From the NCBI GenBank assembly GCA_900316505.1, contig ONDH01000005.1:48053-112052 (forward strand): 64,000 nt of DNA, in the 5' to 3' direction. This DNA comes from an uncultured Prevotellaceae bacterium (GTDB lineage Bacteria; Bacteroidota; Bacteroidia; Bacteroidales; Bacteroidaceae). A program made the position numbers and the translations under genes. The notes under the pieces are model-generated. The model was not told the DNA's origin. It ran no database searches and saw only the letters and a list, made by a program, of their open reading frames with translations. Below, in pieces: positions 34,673-42,505 of the stretch (position 1 is the stretch's first letter; each line of letters starts with the position of its first letter).

Positions 34673-34815
34673 GACTTTTTGGTTTTCAATCGCAAAGGTA
34701 CGAATAACTCATCACAATACAAAATATAAGTGGATGTTTTTTCTTGGCATCTTCTTTCCCCTTTTCTCTCCTTATCCTTTCCCTTCAATCATTTCCCAAT
34801 GTCATGTCTTTTTTT
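34657..34815 (-). repeat. Promoter cassette copy 3 (-7 at 34693-34700, -33 at 34720-34723), plus a roughly 50-nt remnant of another Fic-wHTH 3' end
   Basis: The remnant at 34760-34815 reads KKT*HWEMIEGKG*, against KKTGHWEVIEGKG* in the intact gene. Confidence 0.85.
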
Positions 34816-34847
34816 CATTCCCTCATTCTTTCATTTTATAGAGTGTT

Positions 34848-34905
34848 GGCTTAACTCCTGAGCGGAGCGATAGCTCCCTTAACTCCTTTAACTCCAATAA
34901 ACTAA
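34848..34905. repeat. Partial copy, inverted, of the GTTATCGCTNCGCTC-core element, followed by TTAACTCC short repeats
   Basis: ggcttaactcctgagcggagcgatagc (34848-34874) matches the reverse complement of 29678-29704 at 24 of 27 positions. Confidence 0.7.
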
Positions 34906-35021
34906 GGCTCGCAAGGGTTGAACAAGAAAGCCTGTGTTTCGGCAACGCCAAGATATGTCTTTCGTTATCTCAAAAGCACGAGTGGAATCATCTCTGCGAT
35001 GCGTTGCCGTATATCACTAAA

Positions 35022-35153
35022 CAATTTGGCTTGATTACAACTTTCAATTTGGCTTGATTACAACTTTCAATTTGGCTTGAATACAAAACTCAATTTGGCT
35101 TGAATACAAAACTCAATTTGGCTTGAATACAAAAAGGTGTCTTCAAGCCAAAT
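35022..35153 (+). repeat. Iteron-like array: five tandem 23-bp repeats (CAATTTGGCTTGAWTACAA...) ending in a 12-bp inverted copy
   Basis: Units at 35022, 35045, 35068, 35091 and 35114. atttggcttgaa (35116-35127) is mirrored by ttcaagccaaat (35142-35153). Confidence 0.9.
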
Positions 35154-35179
35154 GAAAAAGAGTATTCAAGGTAAATAAA

Positions 35180-35211
35180 TTTGTGTAATCAGAATAAATC
35201 AGTTAACTTTG
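35180..35211 (+). promoter_or_regulatory. Canonical Bacteroidota promoter (-33 TTTG at 35180-35183, 20-nt spacer, -7 TAACTTTG at 35204-35211) for the HU-like gene
   Basis: Both elements and the spacing were read directly. It lies about 140 nt upstream of the ATG at 35350. Confidence 0.55.
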
Positions 35212-35349
35212 CACGGCAAAGCACTTTTGAGACATGCTCGCACAGTTCGATGTGAAGACTCAACAGAAGGAGCCGTGGAGATGTTTGAGGGAAAGTTATT
35301 CTGAATCAACGTTAGATTAAACATAAAAACAAGAAAGGAGAACAAGATT

Positions 35350-35754
35350 ATGGGACTACGCTACAGAGTGAAGAAAGTGAATCTTGACTTGTACAAAAGG
35401 AAAGTGGATGGGTATAAGGTGCAGTTTTTGAACCACACCACCATCACGGAAGAGAGTTTGGTGGAATATATCTCGCGTTCGGCAGGTATCCCCAAGAGCA
35501 TGGTGAAGGCTTGCACGATGGCAATTGCTGATGCCATCGGTTTCTATGTCATCAATGGGCACAAGGTGTCATTCGGCAACTTCGGGAAGTTTCACCTGAA
35601 GGTGGAGAACACGTGTGTAGATACGCCTGAGGAATGTCTGGCTGACACGGTGAAAAGGACAACACTGCATTTCACCCCCAGCAAAAGCATCAAGAATGTG
35701 CTGGAAGGTGTCGAACTGGAAGAGTACAAGTCTTTAAGTGTCAAAAAGGATTGA
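35350..35754 (+). CDS. HU-like DNA-binding protein (HU_HIG type)
   Basis: 134 aa. The sequence ...ESLVEYISRSAGIPKSMVKACTMAIADAIGFYVINGHKVSFGNFGKFHLKV... shows HU-fold character. Confidence 0.75.
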   Translation: MGLRYRVKKVNLDLYKRKVDGYKVQFLNHTTITEESLVEYISRSAGIPKSMVKACTMAIADAIGFYVINGHKVSFGNFGKFHLKVENTCVDTPEECLADTVKRTTLHFTPSKSIKNVLEGVELEEYKSLSVKKD

Positions 35755-35801
35755 GCAAGAGATTATTCACTCAAATTATCTGAATTATCAAAACGAAAAC
35801 T

Positions 35802-38672
35802 ATGCAAATATCATCATCAGGACCAAGAGGGGCTATCACGATGTACCCCGAAAAGGTGAAACTCAACTATTTGGAGGGAAAACCAGAGAAGTATCGTCTG
35901 CATTGGGCAAAAGGCCCGGTCATCAAGGACGAGGACATCACTCACTATGCCGCACAAGCTTCGTGTGTGCCAGAGAGCGCCATTGTGCTGGCTCAGGAGG
36001 CACTTTTCGATGCCATCAATTATTTCTGCGCCAATGGACATTCGGTGCAAGTGCCTTATCTTGGCACGTTCAGCGTGAATCTGAACAGCAAGGTGGTGGA
36101 GGATGTTGAAGACGCCAATGCCAACAGCGTGATGCGTCGTCGTCTCCGCTTCTACCCGAAAGGACGACTGAAAGCGGCATGCGACAAGAAGAATATCCGC
36201 ATCGACATTGTCAAGCGGCTCAGCGCCTTGATGGTGACATGCCTGATGAGCGTGGTGCTGTGGGGACAAACCAGTTTCACGGAGGCGACAAAGGTGTTTT
36301 TGATGCACAGCAGTGGCAACCATCTGGAGATGGGCACCGATGGGGGTGGATGGATTGAGTCACCAACGAAGAGCAATGCTCAGCAGATGACGTTCATCCC
36401 TGTCGGACAGGGCTATTACAATATTCAGGCAGGTGAGGAGAAGCGATTCCTCTCGTATGCCAGCCCTTGGAACTCCAAGTTCATCAGCGATGCTTCGGGT
36501 GACGAGGCGAAGTTTGCCATCGAGCCTGCTGCGGGACAGTTCGTGAAACTGCGCTGCAAGGCGAACAACCAATATCTGGGCACTGACAGCAATGACGGGC
36601 ACGTGAAGGTTTACACCAACAAGAGCGGTTCGGAACTTAAGCACCAATGGTATTTTGGCAGCAAGGCGAACGAGGCTGCACCTGCCAGCGAATTCCACTA
36701 TATGGTCAATCCACTGGTGGTGCGTCAGCATTTTGACGGATGGGGCGTTTCGCTCTGCTGGTGGGCAGGACAGTGTGGCAAGTGGTCGGACAAGAAGATT
36801 GATGAAATCATCACATGGCTGGTCAGTCCTACTGGGCTTAACTACAGCCATTTCCGCTATAACATAGGTGGTGGAGATGACCCCAAAAACACCCATTGCA
36901 ACCTTCACCACATGGGTAACGGAAAGGGCTTGAGGGCTGAAATGGAGGGCTTCAAAGATTCGAGCGATGACACCTATCATTGGGAGCGCGATGCTGCTCA
37001 GCGGAAGATTATGCTGAAGATTAAGGAGAAGCGTCCCGATGCCGTGTTTGAGGCATTCAGCAATTCATGCCCTTACTACATGACCTACAGTGGATGCGTG
37101 AGCGGCAGCGTGGATGGAGGTTCCGACAACTTGCGTCCTGAATACTATGAAGAGTTTGCCCACTATCTGGTGGATGTATGCAAGCACTATAAGGATGAGT
37201 ATGGCATCGAATTCAAAACGCTCGAACCTTTCAACGAATCGGTGACGGGCTTCTGGTATGCCAACGGAGCACAGGAGGGTTGCCACTTCGACTATGAGTC
37301 GCAAATCAAGTTTGTGCGTGTGTTGGCACCCATTCTCAAGGCTTCGGGCCTCAACACGGTCATCTCTGCTGCCGACGAAACAAATGTGGGGCTGGCTGTG
37401 GAAGGATTCAAACAATTCATCAAAGCCAATGCCGACCAATATGTGGGACAATGGAACACGCACACCTATTCGGGCAACAATGTGGACAGGGCACGTTTCA
37501 GCCAACTGGCACACGAGACAGGCAAGGACTTGTGGATGAGCGAAACGGGTTCTGGCGGCAATGGCATCGGAGGCAACTTGAGCATGACACAAAGGCTCTT
37601 CGACGATATGCGCTACATTCAACCCGACGCATGGATTGACTGGCAATATATGGAGGAGGCAAATGACCAGTGGTGTACCATCCGTGGCAGTTTTGCCAAC
37701 CAGACTTACAACAAAGTGAAGAACTACTATGTGAGACAGCAGTGCTCGCGCTTCATCAAGCATGGATATGACATCATCGCATCGCCGTGTCCACAGTCAC
37801 TTGCGGCAATCAATGCAACACGCGACACACTGGTGGTTGTTGCCCTCAACGAAGGGTCTTCAGCCACTCACTACATTGACCTTTCACTCTTCCAGGAATT
37901 GCCTCTGCGCTCAAACATCCGCGCTTACCGGACATCAGAAAACGAGAATTTGGCCAACGCTTTGAGCAGTGTCAAACTGGATGGCACAACGCTGACCTTG
38001 AGCATGCCTGCCCAAAGCATCACCACATTGGTGATTCCTGTCCGTGCAGCGAATGTGGAACCTATGGCATTGCCGCAAGATGGGGATGAATACCTCATCA
38101 TTCCACGCCAGGAAACCACCAGAGCCTTATCAGCATCTGTCAGCAAGGTGACGCTGGAAGATATTGATTATGGAGAGGCACAGCGTTGGACAGTGAAAGA
38201 TTTGGGAAACGGCACCTACAGTTTCCAAAACGCATTAGGGCTCAAGTTGACATCGCACCGAAGCAGCAACAGTTCATCGCTCACGGCGCAGAAGAACCAA
38301 GCGAATGAGCAGGCATTCCGCATCGTGCCAATTGACTTTGCCAACTATAAGATTATGGTTGCCAACTACCCCACCTATGCCTTCGACCTTTCAAACACCT
38401 CTTCCGATGCTGGTAATACCATCGGCACGTGGACGTATGCAGATGGCAACACCACACCCACACATCGGCAATGGATGCTCTTCCCTCTCACAGCGTCACA
38501 AGTGCTTGACGGCATTGAGGAAGTGAAAACAGAGAGCCTCATGAGCACATCTGTAGATGATTCGGGCATCTATGACCTCTCCGGACGACGTGTGGCAGAT
38601 GCCTGCAATGGAACTTCTGGTTTGGCTAAGGGCATCTACATCATGAACGGAAAGAAAATAGCGGTGCAGTAA
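35802..38672 (+). CDS. Continuous ORF: second HU-like domain, then a signal-peptide-like helix, a beta-trefoil domain, a GH30-family glycoside hydrolase, a ricin/CBM13-like domain and a T9SS C-terminal sorting domain
   Basis: HU-like part from the ATG at 35841 (MYPEKVKLNY...HSVQVPYLGTFSVNL). KRLSALMVTCLMSVVLWGQ lies at about 36213-36270. GH30-like catalytic regions are LEPFNES and LWMSETG, and QxW-type repeats are present. The T9SS CTD is GIYDLSGRRV...GIYIMNGKKIAVQ. No stop codon separates the HU-like part from the hydrolase part. Confidence 0.7.
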   Translation: MQISSSGPRGAITMYPEKVKLNYLEGKPEKYRLHWAKGPVIKDEDITHYAAQASCVPESAIVLAQEALFDAINYFCANGHSVQVPYLGTFSVNLNSKVVEDVEDANANSVMRRRLRFYPKGRLKAACDKKNIRIDIVKRLSALMVTCLMSVVLWGQTSFTEATKVFLMHSSGNHLEMGTDGGGWIESPTKSNAQQMTFIPVGQGYYNIQAGEEKRFLSYASPWNSKFISDASGDEAKFAIEPAAGQFVKLRCKANNQYLGTDSNDGHVKVYTNKSGSELKHQWYFGSKANEAAPASEFHYMVNPLVVRQHFDGWGVSLCWWAGQCGKWSDKKIDEIITWLVSPTGLNYSHFRYNIGGGDDPKNTHCNLHHMGNGKGLRAEMEGFKDSSDDTYHWERDAAQRKIMLKIKEKRPDAVFEAFSNSCPYYMTYSGCVSGSVDGGSDNLRPEYYEEFAHYLVDVCKHYKDEYGIEFKTLEPFNESVTGFWYANGAQEGCHFDYESQIKFVRVLAPILKASGLNTVISAADETNVGLAVEGFKQFIKANADQYVGQWNTHTYSGNNVDRARFSQLAHETGKDLWMSETGSGGNGIGGNLSMTQRLFDDMRYIQPDAWIDWQYMEEANDQWCTIRGSFANQTYNKVKNYYVRQQCSRFIKHGYDIIASPCPQSLAAINATRDTLVVVALNEGSSATHYIDLSLFQELPLRSNIRAYRTSENENLANALSSVKLDGTTLTLSMPAQSITTLVIPVRAANVEPMALPQDGDEYLIIPRQETTRALSASVSKVTLEDIDYGEAQRWTVKDLGNGTYSFQNALGLKLTSHRSSNSSSLTAQKNQANEQAFRIVPIDFANYKIMVANYPTYAFDLSNTSSDAGNTIGTWTYADGNTTPTHRQWMLFPLTASQVLDGIEEVKTESLMSTSVDDSGIYDLSGRRVADACNGTSGLAKGIYIMNGKKIAVQ

Positions 38673-38706
38673 AAGAGAAAAGGGTGTAAAACGTGAAAAG
38701 TGAAAA

Positions 38707-38765
38707 AATTGCTACCGCAGCAGTTGGTCATTCAGTTGACTTACCCGTGCGGTAGCAATTTTTTT
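38707..38765. terminator. Bidirectional terminator between the convergent GH30 gene and gldN
   Basis: 12-bp stem aattgctaccgc / gcggtagcaatt, flanked by an A-run on the left and a T-run on the right. Confidence 0.75.
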
Positions 38766-38786
38766 CACTTTTCATTGTTCACTTTC

Positions 38787-39929
38787 TTAATGTCTTTGCC
38801 TTCTCACAGACACACGTGGGGCACCATTACCACCACCGGATGAGCTGCCACCCGACTTCTCTTTCTTGCTTGAAGAGGCTGCGCGACGGCTGGAACGTGC
38901 TGCTGAGGAGGAAGCCTCTGCTGCCTTCCTGGCTTTCTTACCCTTGAGATTGAGGGCTGCAATGGAATCACGACGTGCCTGTTCAACAGAGTCAACAGGA
39001 GTGCTCCAGATGTGCTCTTCGAAGTCTGTCATCTGCTTTTCAATGCGGTTCTGCTCCTTCTTCAGAAGAGAATCTGTGGCGCATAATTCCTGCAGAGACT
39101 TATTCTGCATGTTGTTGGTCATGTAGATATCACCTTTATAGTGGTTGGTGGAGAAGAAATCGTCCATGGACATGCGGGCAGCATTGTTGATGTTGCTGGT
39201 CATCACATCCTGACCACTGAGGTAATTCTTGACGTCATCGTATTTTACCCAGAAGAGCGGGAACTTCTGAACGTTCTGGTTCTGCGCATTATCTTCCTCG
39301 TCTTCACTCACGTAACTTCTGACATAAAATTCGTCGGGAGCACGATGCAACACAGGGCAAAGCGCCACGATGCGGCTATGATAGGTTGCCGTGTTCTGGT
39401 CGTAGTAAGAACTTTCCTTCACGTAGTAGCTGAGCACCTCTGCAGAAGGAATGTCAGCTTGATTCACCTTGATGCTATTGCCGTCCACCTCGTATAAGAT
39501 TTTCTGACGGTCGAGCATATCCTTGAAGTGCATGCGATTGCTCTGCTGGAAGTTCTCAATACCATCAAGTTGATACTCGTAGGCTGGAATCTTGCCAGTA
39601 TTGAGCAACTTGAAGAGGAGGGTGAAGAGATTCATCTGTCCTCCCTGTGGCTCCACTGGGTAGTAGAGTGCTGCATTCTCGTCCTTAGTGAGGTCGATGG
39701 AACGGTAGATGTCACGTCGCCAACTGGGGTCTTCAGGCACATCGACAGCGGTGGGGAACATAAGGCTTGCACGATCCGTGCCCACAGCTGTTGAATTTGC
39801 ATTATTCCTGACAGCAGTAGGACGGTTATTGTTCTGCACTCGGCTCTTCTGTGGCTGGGCGTAGCAGTTGACAATTGACAGTTGACAATTGACAGCGATG
39901 AGCAAGGCTATGAGGTTTATTCTTTTCAT
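38787..39929 (-). CDS. gldN: T9SS/gliding motility protein GldN (PorN)
   Basis: 380 aa with a signal peptide and GldN-like sequence character. It is the last gene of the porPKLMN operon. Confidence 0.85.
   Translation of the reverse strand: MKRINLIALLIAVNCQLSIVNCYAQPQKSRVQNNNRPTAVRNNANSTAVGTDRASLMFPTAVDVPEDPSWRRDIYRSIDLTKDENAALYYPVEPQGGQMNLFTLLFKLLNTGKIPAYEYQLDGIENFQQSNRMHFKDMLDRQKILYEVDGNSIKVNQADIPSAEVLSYYVKESSYYDQNTATYHSRIVALCPVLHRAPDEFYVRSYVSEDEEDNAQNQNVQKFPLFWVKYDDVKNYLSGQDVMTSNINNAARMSMDDFFSTNHYKGDIYMTNNMQNKSLQELCATDSLLKKEQNRIEKQMTDFEEHIWSTPVDSVEQARRDSIAALNLKGKKARKAAEASSSAARSSRRAASSSKKEKSGGSSSGGGNGAPRVSVRRQRH
39867..39894. repeat. Four tandem heptamers (TGTCAAY on the minus strand) inside the gldN signal-peptide coding region
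   Basis: gttgaca attgaca gttgaca attgaca encodes AVNCQLSIVNC. The motif is the same as at 4329-4370. Confidence 0.85.
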
Positions 39930-39996
39930 AATCTGTATTTATTTTTATCGAGCCACTTACGGGGCAAAGTAAAAAATCGCCCAGCGCGTGGGCTGG

Positions 39997-41559
39997 TTAG
40001 TTTATAATGACCTCCACTGGAGTTTTCAAAGTTCGTTCGATGCCATCAGGACCCACTACGCGGATTTCACTGATGTTGAAAAGTTTGCCTCTTGAAAGGG
40101 AACGGATGCGGGCAAGCTGATTGGGGGTGAAGGAAGCAGAGTTGCTGACTTCTGGCACCACATTACCCATATTATCCATAAAGCGTGCCTGGAATCCTAA
40201 CACACGGAAAGAGATGTTGAGCAACCCGTCGTCAATAGCGGCTCCAATGCCACCAGCAGACACAAGGGCTTGCTTGGAGATACGTCCACCCCTGAAGCGG
40301 TTGGTGCTTCCCTTTCCATCAGGGACATCAATGAAGCCTGTTGGGTCGGGCAGTTTGCGTACATTGAACGTAAACTTACCCATCTCTTGTTGGCGACCTT
40401 CATTCTGTGCCGTGACAGTGAAAGTGACAGCATTCTCGCCTATTTGCGAAGGTACAGCCACATAATTGCCACCGTCCTTGTGGGTGAGCGTTCCGTTGTT
40501 CATGGAGAGGCTAATCTTGTTGGTCGGAATGCCTGGCACACTGACACTGATGGGGTTCTGATAGCCCGCATAGAGCACGTTCATCATGGTGGCACTCACC
40601 GTTGCCGATGGCTCCACCACCGTGTAGGGCTGAGAGAACTCGCGACGAATGGTCTCGCCATTACCGTTCTTCATCACAAGGTAACCTTTGAGGGTGAAGT
40701 CACCTGTGGAGCCACAAATGGTCTCATAGCGTCCATTCTCAGACTTCAGGAGGGTGTTGCCCACATAAATCTCAGGGCGTTGTGTGGTATCAACAGCCGC
40801 CATAATGATTTGAGCGGAGAATTTTCCACCACGCACAACTGTCTGTGCACTTGGAATCACCAATGCCTGAATTTCGTTCACACGCACATCCTTCACGTCG
40901 ATGTTGGCAACCAACTGATGAAGCATCTCGCCTTCAGCATGACGCACATCTGTCTGGAGCTTCGTGAGCAGTGTGACAGCAGCTGCCACGGGGGTGTTCT
41001 CGAACATATACTCCTGCCAGTTCTTGCCCTGCAATTTGGCTTTCTTAGGCACATCTGTAGAAAGGTTGGAACGGATTATCTTCTTCTGTCCCTCATCGTT
41101 AATCATGGCGGTGATGCCTTCACGATAGGTCTCTATCGCCTTCTTCAGCTGACCGCCTTTGCCCACACCCGATGCGAGCATGACATGGGTGGCAGCTTCA
41201 AGGTTGTCACGTCCTTCTATGTTATTGATGTCTGCATCGCTGCCATCAGCTTCACGCACAATCTCCCACTTCAAGTTCTCAGCAAGCGTGTAGAGCGAGT
41301 CGGACATCTTGCGTACCTGCTGAGCCTTCTCATACCACTGGCGTGTCTTCTCCGGATTCTGCTTCATGGCATCCTCCAGTTGCTTGTAAATCGCCTCGTT
41401 CTGTGTGGCAGAGTTTGTCTTGGTGCGATTCAGACCTTCGTCCACGAGTTTGAAGCCTTCGAGCACATCGGATGAGACGTTGAGCGCCAGCATTGCCATG
41501 AGCACAACGTACATCAGATTGATCATCTTCTGACGTGGAGTTAATTTCTTACGTATCAT
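39997..41559 (-). CDS. gldM: T9SS/gliding motility protein GldM (PorM)
   Basis: N-terminus MIRKKLTPRQKMINLMYVVLMAMLALNVSSDVLEGF, typical of GldM. 520 aa. Confidence 0.9.
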   Translation of the reverse strand: MIRKKLTPRQKMINLMYVVLMAMLALNVSSDVLEGFKLVDEGLNRTKTNSATQNEAIYKQLEDAMKQNPEKTRQWYEKAQQVRKMSDSLYTLAENLKWEIVREADGSDADINNIEGRDNLEAATHVMLASGVGKGGQLKKAIETYREGITAMINDEGQKKIIRSNLSTDVPKKAKLQGKNWQEYMFENTPVAAAVTLLTKLQTDVRHAEGEMLHQLVANIDVKDVRVNEIQALVIPSAQTVVRGGKFSAQIIMAAVDTTQRPEIYVGNTLLKSENGRYETICGSTGDFTLKGYLVMKNGNGETIRREFSQPYTVVEPSATVSATMMNVLYAGYQNPISVSVPGIPTNKISLSMNNGTLTHKDGGNYVAVPSQIGENAVTFTVTAQNEGRQQEMGKFTFNVRKLPDPTGFIDVPDGKGSTNRFRGGRISKQALVSAGGIGAAIDDGLLNISFRVLGFQARFMDNMGNVVPEVSNSASFTPNQLARIRSLSRGKLFNISEIRVVGPDGIERTLKTPVEVIIN

Positions 41560-41564
41560 AATAT

Positions 41565-41675
41565 CATTTACAATTTACCATGTACAATGTACGATGAACT
41601 ATGTACGATGTGGGCTAACGCGATGTACTCAATCCGCACGGCTCATCGTACATCGTACATCTTTCATGGTACATC
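41565..41675. repeat. Intergenic hairpin element with heptamer-repeat arms (NATGTAC x7 / GTACATN x4)
   Basis: Left arm 41565-41613, centre 41614-41647, right arm 41648-41675. The right arm overlaps the gldL stop codon. Confidence 0.85.
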
Positions 41676-42504
41676 AAGCTATCTTCATCTTCAAGGCTTC
41701 AACCATCTTGGCATAGACCTCATTGAGTTCCTGAAGCTGACCGGCAAGCTTGCGTGTCTGCTCGTTCACCTCGTCGATAGTGGCAGACTGTGTGCCAACG
41801 CTCTTGAGCTGCATCTCGTAGAAACGGTTGATACCCGTAAGGGTGCGGTTCATGTTCTCCATCTCCTCGGAGTCGCGAGTGAGACGCGCGCTCTGCTCTG
41901 CCACCTCCTTGAGGGTGTCGGTGAGTTCGGTCAGCTGCTCCACATAAGCCTTGGTTGCCTCCTGCATCTCTGGTGCCATGCTCTGGAACTGAGCTGAACG
42001 GAACACTGGAGCAGAAGAGATATTCTCTGCCAACTGAGCAGCATCGACTGGAGCTGAAGGCTTAACGCTCTCACCTGTTGACTCAGCATTACCAGAGCCG
42101 CCATTGATGACGATGGTGCCTCCAGCAGGCACGCCACCACCAATCACAACGGTGCCACCTGCAGGAGCATTCGCCATACCTGTAGCTGCATTTGCCAAGG
42201 CTGCAACAGTTTCTTCTGAGAGAGCCGTATTGGTTTGTGCTGCAATAGCTGCATTTTCAGCCACCTCCTCAGCCAATTCCTGTGCATCCATACTCTCCTG
42301 AGGTTCGAAACCTGCCAAGAAGAACACGATGACCTCAGTACCCATACCGAGCCAAAGCATGAAGTCTGCCCCATCCATATGGGTGAGCTTGAAGAGGGCA
42401 CCTGCAATCACGACGGATGCACCCCAGCTGTATGCATAATTCAAGAAAGTCTGACCACGCTTCGTACGGAGCCACTTCTGTATGCCTGTATATTGTGTTG
42501 CCAT
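41674..42504 (-). CDS. gldL: T9SS/gliding motility protein GldL (PorL)
   Basis: N-terminus ...FLNYAYSWGASVVIAGALFKLTHMDGADFMLWLGMGTEVIVFFLAGFEP, typical of GldL. Confidence 0.9.
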   Translation of the reverse strand: MATQYTGIQKWLRTKRGQTFLNYAYSWGASVVIAGALFKLTHMDGADFMLWLGMGTEVIVFFLAGFEPQESMDAQELAEEVAENAAIAAQTNTALSEETVAALANAATGMANAPAGGTVVIGGGVPAGGTIVINGGSGNAESTGESVKPSAPVDAAQLAENISSAPVFRSAQFQSMAPEMQEATKAYVEQLTELTDTLKEVAEQSARLTRDSEEMENMNRTLTGINRFYEMQLKSVGTQSATIDEVNEQTRKLAGQLQELNEVYAKMVEALKMKIA

Positions 42505-42505
42505 A

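Noticed and set aside
35022-35153. Possible CRISPR array
   Set aside because: The 23-bp units are directly abutting with no spacers, are too short, and no cas genes are nearby. It is treated as an iteron-like tandem repeat.
29640-35340. Calling the island an integrative mobile element
   Set aside because: No integrase, transposase, excisionase, transfer gene or tRNA target is visible. Only repeat cores and composition mark the borders, so it is described as an accessory island rather than annotated as a mobile_element.
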